IMG/VR virus record: IMGVR_UViG_3300034062_004597
Span: 1-63,541 of that record
Strand: one strand, 5' to 3'
DNA length: 63,541 nucleotides
From: a virus
Lineage: Duplodnaviria > Caudoviricetes
The translations under genes were made by a program, and so were the position numbers. The notes below the pieces were generated by a model that was not told the origin of the DNA, searched no databases, and saw only the letters and a program-made list of their open reading frames with translations. Below, piece by piece: positions 57,569-63,541 of this stretch (position 1 is its first letter; each line of letters opens with the position of its first letter).

Positions 57569-58524
57569 GCTTCAAGGCATTAGCACTTAGCGACCTGCAC
57601 CTTACGGATGCAAACGTAGCTTGCCGTGGTGATGATGTATTCGAGACTCAGCTTAACATGCTGAAGAACATTTACGAGATTGCTGACGAAGAAGGTTGTG
57701 ATTACATCTTGCAGGCAGGAGACGTACTCGATAAGCCTAGGGTATCAAACCGTGTGCTTACGGGATTTGTTGACCTGATCAAGAGCCACAAACAGCACTG
57801 GGTTGTAGTTCCTGGTCAACATGACTTGAAGAACCACAACTACAACAACTGGCAAGTGGATAGCGACTTAGCGATCATTGCGACTCTTACAGACAAGTTC
57901 ACTGTGTTACACGCTGGTGAAAGTAAAGTATTGTCCGAGGAGTTCAAGGTACGTGTGACTGGGTTTGGATTCGAGGAGCCAGCAACTGAAGAGTTCCTGT
58001 ATTCGCAACCTGGATTTATGCCTACAGCATCGGAATACAGAGAGATTGCTATTGTTCATGCTTCAGTGTGCGATGATGGATCACCGTATTGGCAAGACAT
58101 TGCTGAACTAAGTTGGTTGAAAGACTTTACATACGCACAGTTTGGAGACATTCACAAAGGGTTTAGTCCGTGCTTTGTAGGTGAAACCAAGTGCTTCAAT
58201 GGTGGGGTTCTTACTCCAATGAAATCCAATGAATCACAATGCCCATACGTTACTATTCTGCAATTCGATAAGAAAGGTAGCAAGGACAAGATCGTTCGGA
58301 TTCTTGATGATTGGACATTCCTGCAGGACGACAATAAGGTAAAGGATTTGTCCCTAGTCGAGAAGGCTTCAGATAATTTCTTAGAGGTGATCAACACGGC
58401 TAAGAGTCGAGTAAGCGAAGACCCATTAGTTCTTTTGGCAGACATAGCCAGTTCTAATTCCCTGGATGCTAAGATTGTAACAACCGCATCGAAATATGTC
58501 AAGGAAGCAATGATAAATGGCTAA
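57565..58524 (+). CDS. Mre11/SbcD nuclease
   Basis: SDLH, AGDVLD, PGQHD, VH, GDIH. Confidence 0.9.
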   Translation: MSFKALALSDLHLTDANVACRGDDVFETQLNMLKNIYEIADEEGCDYILQAGDVLDKPRVSNRVLTGFVDLIKSHKQHWVVVPGQHDLKNHNYNNWQVDSDLAIIATLTDKFTVLHAGESKVLSEEFKVRVTGFGFEEPATEEFLYSQPGFMPTASEYREIAIVHASVCDDGSPYWQDIAELSWLKDFTYAQFGDIHKGFSPCFVGETKCFNGGVLTPMKSNESQCPYVTILQFDKKGSKDKIVRILDDWTFLQDDNKVKDLSLVEKASDNFLEVINTAKSRVSEDPLVLLADIASSNSLDAKIVTTASKYVKEAMING

Positions 58525-58810
58525 TTACGAAGAAACAAAGAGAGAAATTGACAAGTTTGTTAACTTGCTTGAACAAGATCACAATACGCTAACTGAATCA
58601 GCCGCTGCCCTGGCAGAGTTGGTAAAGGCAGATATTGCAGACTACGAAGATAACTTGGAAGGTTTGCTTGAATTCTCATGCGAGTATAAGGATGCACTAG
58701 CTGAACACATCAATGGTGAGGAAGACAAAGTGCAAGCCGCTGCCGATGGTATTATCGCTGAATTTGGTAAGCTGAAGTTGGAGTACAATGCCCGAAAGTC
58801 TACGATCTAA
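58517..58810 (+). CDS. acidic helical hypothetical protein
   Basis: 97 aa between SbcD and the SbcC C-half. Confidence 0.65.
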   Translation: MANYEETKREIDKFVNLLEQDHNTLTESAAALAELVKADIADYEDNLEGLLEFSCEYKDALAEHINGEEDKVQAAADGIIAEFGKLKLEYNARKSTI

Positions 58811-59405
58811 AATTGCTGAAGCCCAGGCCGCAGTGTCCGCCTACCAGAGTGTTGCTAAGTCTGATCAGCAATTACTCACAAGTGTGGATACACGCACCGT
58901 AGAGGCGAAGGAAAACGCTGCCCACCTTACGGATACGGTTAACTTCCTAAAGCTCTGTGTGACCTCTCAGACGAACGTACGGCAGGATTTAGACTTGATG
59001 AACACCAACATGCTGCAAACACTGTGGGATGATACCTTTGAGTTTAAGTATGTCGAGACCTATGATGAGAATGGAGCGATCAAGGGACTTGTTCCTACAG
59101 TCTTTGAGAATGGACACCCTTCGGCTACAGTAGCCAATGGTGGTGGTATGCGAAATGTGCTAGGGGCATTAACCCGTATGCAGTTCCTGCTTCTTAGGCC
59201 GCAGAATAGTCCTGTTATTGTATGGGATGAGTTTGGTAACAACATGGACGAGTCTAAGTTCAGTGCATTCTTTGACATTGTTAAGTTTGTACAAATGAAG
59301 ACTGATCTACAAGTTATTGCAATCTCACACTCCAGTCACAAATTCGATCAAGAGTTTAATGTACAGCGAGTTAACAAGGTAAGCAAAGTTACTCATACGG
59401 TATAA
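58788..59405 (+). CDS. Rad50/SbcC C-terminal half (signature, Walker B, H-loop)
   Basis: NGGGMR, VIVWDEFG.NMD, QVIAISH. Confidence 0.85.
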   Translation: MPESLRSKIAEAQAAVSAYQSVAKSDQQLLTSVDTRTVEAKENAAHLTDTVNFLKLCVTSQTNVRQDLDLMNTNMLQTLWDDTFEFKYVETYDENGAIKGLVPTVFENGHPSATVANGGGMRNVLGALTRMQFLLLRPQNSPVIVWDEFGNNMDESKFSAFFDIVKFVQMKTDLQVIAISHSSHKFDQEFNVQRVNKVSKVTHTV

Positions 59406-59413
59406 TTAGGTAT

Positions 59414-59932
59414 ATGCCTAGAAAACCAATAAGTGGTAAAGGTGCTAAAGCGAAAGGCACTAGGGGAGAGACCGAGTTCGTTGATATTCTCACTGAACTC
59501 GGTGTGCCTTCGCAGCGAGTGATTGCATCTGGAGCTATTAAAGGTGCCGAAGGCGATGTAAAGGTGGGGGTGAGATTGAAACCTGATGGCAGTATGCCAG
59601 AGAAGGATGAATCATTTCCCCTACTTAGGGCCGAGGTAAAGAATAGAGCAAGTCACCCTGAATGGGTTTTTACAGAGTTAGAAAAAGCTGCTGTGGAAGT
59701 TCCATTCAAAGACTTAGAGCAATCGAAAGCTACTTCGCTACTTGCCTGGAGAAGATCAAAGATTCCTAGTGGTGCTTTGGTTGGTAAGAGATACAACGAG
59801 ATTTGGTTGTGTATCATGGGCATCGAAGACTTTGCACTTATGGCTAAGAAGCTAACTCTACTTGAAGAGGAGAACAATGAACTACGATCCGCTATTAAGC
59901 AGCTACGAAAAGAGAATACTCGAAACGATTAA
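59414..59932 (+). CDS. Hjc-type Holliday junction resolvase (PD-D/ExK)
   Basis: KG.RGE, R..ASGA, GDV, EVK; GGTATAAT 7 nt before ATG. Confidence 0.8.
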   Translation: MPRKPISGKGAKAKGTRGETEFVDILTELGVPSQRVIASGAIKGAEGDVKVGVRLKPDGSMPEKDESFPLLRAEVKNRASHPEWVFTELEKAAVEVPFKDLEQSKATSLLAWRRSKIPSGALVGKRYNEIWLCIMGIEDFALMAKKLTLLEEENNELRSAIKQLRKENTRND

Positions 59933-59933
59933 A

Positions 59934-60044
59934 ATGGATAAGGTTTACGGGCATGGTATCTGTGAGATATGCAAATCTGTTTTTCAAATAACAGACAAAC
60001 ACAAGGACGTAGTTAGGTGCAGTAGCTGCACACTGGATAAATAA
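59934..60044 (+). CDS. 36-aa zinc-ribbon peptide
   Basis: CEIC...CSSC; stop overlaps the next ATG. Confidence 0.5.
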   Translation: MDKVYGHGICEICKSVFQITDKHKDVVRCSSCTLDK

Positions 60045-60682
60045 TGGATTTACAAGGAAGAACAAAAGACCAAAGAATACAGTTAGCAAAGGATCACTTC
60101 ATTAAGCAAAACTTGGAGTTGAATTACTCCGACGCATACAACTTAACTGAAATCGTAACTGTACTTGCTAACACCTACGATTTGACTGAATCTACAATCA
60201 TGCAGAACATAAACCTGCAAGACTGGATAGGTTTACGTGCAAGCTATAAGGCCAACAGAGATAAAGAGTTTAGAGAACAAGTAGCAAGAGCAGAGCGTTC
60301 ACGAGAGGTTGAGATGTCTGCGCTTAGGGCTAAGCTACTTAATGCACTTGACAGAGGATTTGATGCAGTGATGGATCGAATTGTGGATGACATTCCTATC
60401 ATGGAAACTCAACACGTTCTAAAAGCTGCTGACACTCTCCTGAAAATGGCTACCATGTACAACGAACTTAGCAAGGAAACTGTTAAGACCGATGACAATG
60501 AAAATGCTACTGCAACACTCGAAACCACATTGCAACGTGTGGAGAAGCTGGCAGGAGAACCATCAAAGGTTATTGACCTAGCGGAGAGAGCTTTAGATAA
60601 AGGTACAGAGAAAGCATTAGCAGAACATAATTCGCAGGCAGCGGAGAAAGAGCAATTGTTTAATAGGCTCAGTGAGATATGA
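60044..60682 (+). CDS. putative terminase small subunit
   Basis: Helical 212-aa ORF overlapping the TerL start. Confidence 0.5.
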   Translation: MDLQGRTKDQRIQLAKDHFIKQNLELNYSDAYNLTEIVTVLANTYDLTESTIMQNINLQDWIGLRASYKANRDKEFREQVARAERSREVEMSALRAKLLNALDRGFDAVMDRIVDDIPIMETQHVLKAADTLLKMATMYNELSKETVKTDDNENATATLETTLQRVEKLAGEPSKVIDLAERALDKGTEKALAEHNSQAAEKEQLFNRLSEI

Positions 60683-63426
60683 GTAAGAAATTTGGCGATG
60701 AACTAATCGAGAAAGCGCAGCAAGAAGATGCGGCTAAACTTGTTGACGAAAACAAGAAAGCTATTGTAGAAATTCTTGCTACAGAGGAAGGAAAGTCTAC
60801 GCTGGAGACTATTAAGTTCCATGTAAAGAAGGAGACGGTTGGTAAGCTACCGAGAACTCCTGAAGATGTGTACCAGTACGTCAAGAAAGTTTACGGATAT
60901 GATATTCCGTGGACAGCTTGTAGCCCTGAAATGAATGCACCTTTCGAGTGGTTCTATGAAGTCTTCACTGGTAAGGTTCGTAAGTCTGTGGCCCAAGGTT
61001 CACGGGGCAGCGGTAAGACTCTTCTGGGTTCTGTTATGCACCACATGTGGTGTTCAACTACTCCAGGCGCAGAAACACGACACGCTGCTGCTTCCAAACA
61101 ACAATCTTCAGTTGCACAGGGATACTTACGTGTTTGGGATAGAGACCCAGTTCTCAGCAGCTTACTCGTCAAGGGTGGACTTAACAAAGAATCCGCTACC
61201 TGGATAAACGGATCGTACTGGAAAATCGTTACTGGTTCTATGGCTGGCGTTTGTCTCAGTGGAGATACACAAATCATAACCAACATCGGTGCGCTTCCAA
61301 TCCATGAAATTGTTGACAACAAACTACAAGTCAGGGTTCTATCTGCAAATCCAGCTACGCATTTGCTAGAATGGAAAGATGTGATTGGTTGGCACAATAA
61401 CGGACGTGAAAACGAATGGTGGCGTGTCAGGTTGCAATATTGCTTAAACAGCAAGGTCAAACAAAGTAAGTTCACGAAGAATCACCAGATCATGCTTCGA
61501 GATGGAAGCAAGAAGCAGCTATGTGATCTACTGCCAGGAGATAGGGTTGCACAAAAATGCTATCGCTACAGCGAAGATGAAAAGCAAGTCTTACTTGGTA
61601 GTCTTCTAGGTGATTCCACTGTAGATAAATCATTTAGATATTGCTTTGTTCACGGTAACGAACAGAAATACTATGGTGATTGGAAGTACGCTGCACTGGT
61701 TGATGATACTCACCAAGGTAAAGTTACAAAGTGTAAAGGTGGATTTGGAACGGAATGTAACTACTATCGTCTACGAAAAACTTTGTACACACAAAAGCTA
61801 CGGCCTCTTTGTTACCCTAACGATACAAAGAAAGTTACCAGAGAATGGTTAGATCAGCTTAATGAACTAGGTGTAGCCACTTGGCTAATGGATGATGGGT
61901 CGTTTAGTAGTGGGCGTAATTGGGACATATACACTAATGGATTCACTTTAGAGGAACAGCATGTTGTAGCTGACTTCTTCAAAGATCGACTAGGTATAAC
62001 CGCTAATATCAGAACCGACAAACGTAATGGAGTAAGGTACTACATATCTTTCACAGCAGAGGACAGTAAGATTCTTACGAAGTACGTCGAACGTTACCTG
62101 GTAGTCAAAGACAAAAAGAAAATTTGGCTGTGTGTACCAATCATAAAAGGTGCGCCAGGTGTGTGTAGCAATCCAGTGCTAAAAATACAACGTGCTACAA
62201 CAGAACACGTAAATGGTCGTAAGGGCAAGAATTTCATGGAACCCACAAATCGTATTAAGTACGATATTACGGTTGCTGATTTCCACAACTACGTAACGGT
62301 TGATGGATTGAATGTATCAAATTCTGGGTCGCACCCGATGGCAGTTACATGGGACGAGTTGGAGTTCTGGGACACTGCTGCTATCGAACAAACTTGGGCT
62401 GTGCCTATCAATGTTAACCCAAACATTCCTGGTATTTGGGCTGGGTTTAGTACGATGCAACGAGCGTATGGTGCTATGGCTTATCTTGTCAATGCTATCG
62501 AGACAAAAGAGAAGGAAGACATTAAGCTGTACAAGTGGTGCATGTTTGAAACCATGAAGAGGTGTGAAACATGTGTTGCCATTGACGAGAATCCTCACGG
62601 TGATGACGAATCGAGGCAGAAGTCATGTGTTCTATGGGAAGACTGTCACGGGCAGCGAGGCATCAAATCAAGTGGATGGATTCCTCGTGAAGATGTATGC
62701 TCACTTAAAAATAGCATGAGCTTGACATCATGGCAAACCCAAGGACTATGTTTAAGACCTAGCTCCCAGGGTGTTGTTCTACACAACTTCACACACGAGT
62801 ACAAACCAAAGGGTAATTACAGCAAGTGGGTATTCGACTACGATAACCCTGTCTGGTACGCCTGTATCGACCCAGCAGAGGGCAAGAAATGCGTAATCTA
62901 CTTTATCCAGCTAGACCAGTATGGGAATAGATATGTATTTGATGAACTCAACATTGAACAGTGCGCTGACGCTTCCCAAGCCAAATTAGCATTCTATGCT
63001 AGGTGTATGGAAAAAAGATACGGCGATCCAGAAGTCATGGTGTTTGACCCACGAAGAACTGACGCTATGGCTACGTTTGCGCATGGTTCAAAGTTTGGTA
63101 GCGGTTTGAACAAGTCATACAAGGTAGACAAACCTGACATGGCTGAGAACAAAGGTGGACAAGAAATTGTTGTCACTATTGAATTTTTGAGAGCATCAAT
63201 TAGAAATGGTGCAGGTGAGATGTCTTTGTTTGTGAATCCAGAGACATGTCCAAAGTTGGTGATTGCGATTAAGCAGCACCACTACAGAACAAAGAAGAAT
63301 TCTACTGAGATTGTGGGTAACATCCCTGCTGAAGCATACAAGGATGAAATTGACCCGCTACGATATTTTGAGCAATGGTTTAAGTACAAATTTGGCTCGA
63401 ACAACGTCAGTATCAGAATTCTTTAG
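60679..63426 (+). CDS. terL: terminase large subunit with intein
   Basis: GSRGSGKT, VTWDE, CIDPA, FDP, KDEIDPLRY. Confidence 0.88.
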   Translation: MSKKFGDELIEKAQQEDAAKLVDENKKAIVEILATEEGKSTLETIKFHVKKETVGKLPRTPEDVYQYVKKVYGYDIPWTACSPEMNAPFEWFYEVFTGKVRKSVAQGSRGSGKTLLGSVMHHMWCSTTPGAETRHAAASKQQSSVAQGYLRVWDRDPVLSSLLVKGGLNKESATWINGSYWKIVTGSMAGVCLSGDTQIITNIGALPIHEIVDNKLQVRVLSANPATHLLEWKDVIGWHNNGRENEWWRVRLQYCLNSKVKQSKFTKNHQIMLRDGSKKQLCDLLPGDRVAQKCYRYSEDEKQVLLGSLLGDSTVDKSFRYCFVHGNEQKYYGDWKYAALVDDTHQGKVTKCKGGFGTECNYYRLRKTLYTQKLRPLCYPNDTKKVTREWLDQLNELGVATWLMDDGSFSSGRNWDIYTNGFTLEEQHVVADFFKDRLGITANIRTDKRNGVRYYISFTAEDSKILTKYVERYLVVKDKKKIWLCVPIIKGAPGVCSNPVLKIQRATTEHVNGRKGKNFMEPTNRIKYDITVADFHNYVTVDGLNVSNSGSHPMAVTWDELEFWDTAAIEQTWAVPINVNPNIPGIWAGFSTMQRAYGAMAYLVNAIETKEKEDIKLYKWCMFETMKRCETCVAIDENPHGDDESRQKSCVLWEDCHGQRGIKSSGWIPREDVCSLKNSMSLTSWQTQGLCLRPSSQGVVLHNFTHEYKPKGNYSKWVFDYDNPVWYACIDPAEGKKCVIYFIQLDQYGNRYVFDELNIEQCADASQAKLAFYARCMEKRYGDPEVMVFDPRRTDAMATFAHGSKFGSGLNKSYKVDKPDMAENKGGQEIVVTIEFLRASIRNGAGEMSLFVNPETCPKLVIAIKQHHYRTKKNSTEIVGNIPAEAYKDEIDPLRYFEQWFKYKFGSNNVSIRIL
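61252..62322 (+). mobile_element. LAGLIDADG intein in TerL (357 aa)
   Basis: V|CLSGDT...TKNH...LLGSLLGDS...WLMDDG...YDITV..FHNY...VSN|S. Confidence 0.9.
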
Positions 63427-63427
63427 T

Positions 63428-63435
63428 GGTATAAT
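63428..63435 (+). promoter_or_regulatory. TGGTATAAT promoter after terL
   Basis: Same motif as the other promoters; an ORF starting at 63468 runs off the window. Confidence 0.55.
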
Positions 63436-63541
63436 ATAGATACGAGCCACTGCGAGAGAGCAAGACTATGAAAAAAACAACAGGAATTTTAGGGCTATCA
63501 GTCCTTACAACAAAATTTGAGGTAGGAGAACCTACATCAGT

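Noticed and set aside
1-63541. tRNA genes, group I/II introns, alternative genetic code, integrase/att sites
   Set aside because: No cloverleaf seen in the few intergenic gaps by eye; core genes read intact in the standard code; no recombinase ORF (tRNAscan/Infernal not run)

Overview
The whole window looks like most of a tailed dsDNA bacteriophage genome with siphovirus-type morphogenesis. No integrase, endolysin, tRNA or CRISPR array was recognised. 1-10 kb: short genes on both strands, including two sigma-70-family factors, a Ycf45/SpoIIIAA-like AAA ATPase, a two-domain ThyX, a dNMP kinase, and MazG-like, DUF2829/Tad2-like and macrodomain-like proteins. 10.17-10.85 kb: a non-coding block dense in mini-hairpins (candidate origin). 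11.9-13.0 kb: a catalytically intact stand-alone TnpB with a recognisable omega-RNA/right end but no TnpA. 14.4-41.3 kb: HK97-type head and long non-contractile tail module, with a -1 frameshifted tail chaperone and a 2186-aa tape measure carrying an M23 peptidase. 41.3-63.4 kb: replication, recombination and packaging genes, including three helicases, a split primase, PolA with a UDG-like domain and two inteins, SSB, RecA, a Rad50/SbcC split around Mre11/SbcD, an Hjc-type resolvase, and TerS plus an intein-bearing TerL. Across the window, (G)GTATAAT-type -10 boxes often sit 6-7 nt before start codons with no Shine-Dalgarno, implying leaderless mRNAs. All protein calls come from motif recognition by eye; no database search was run.
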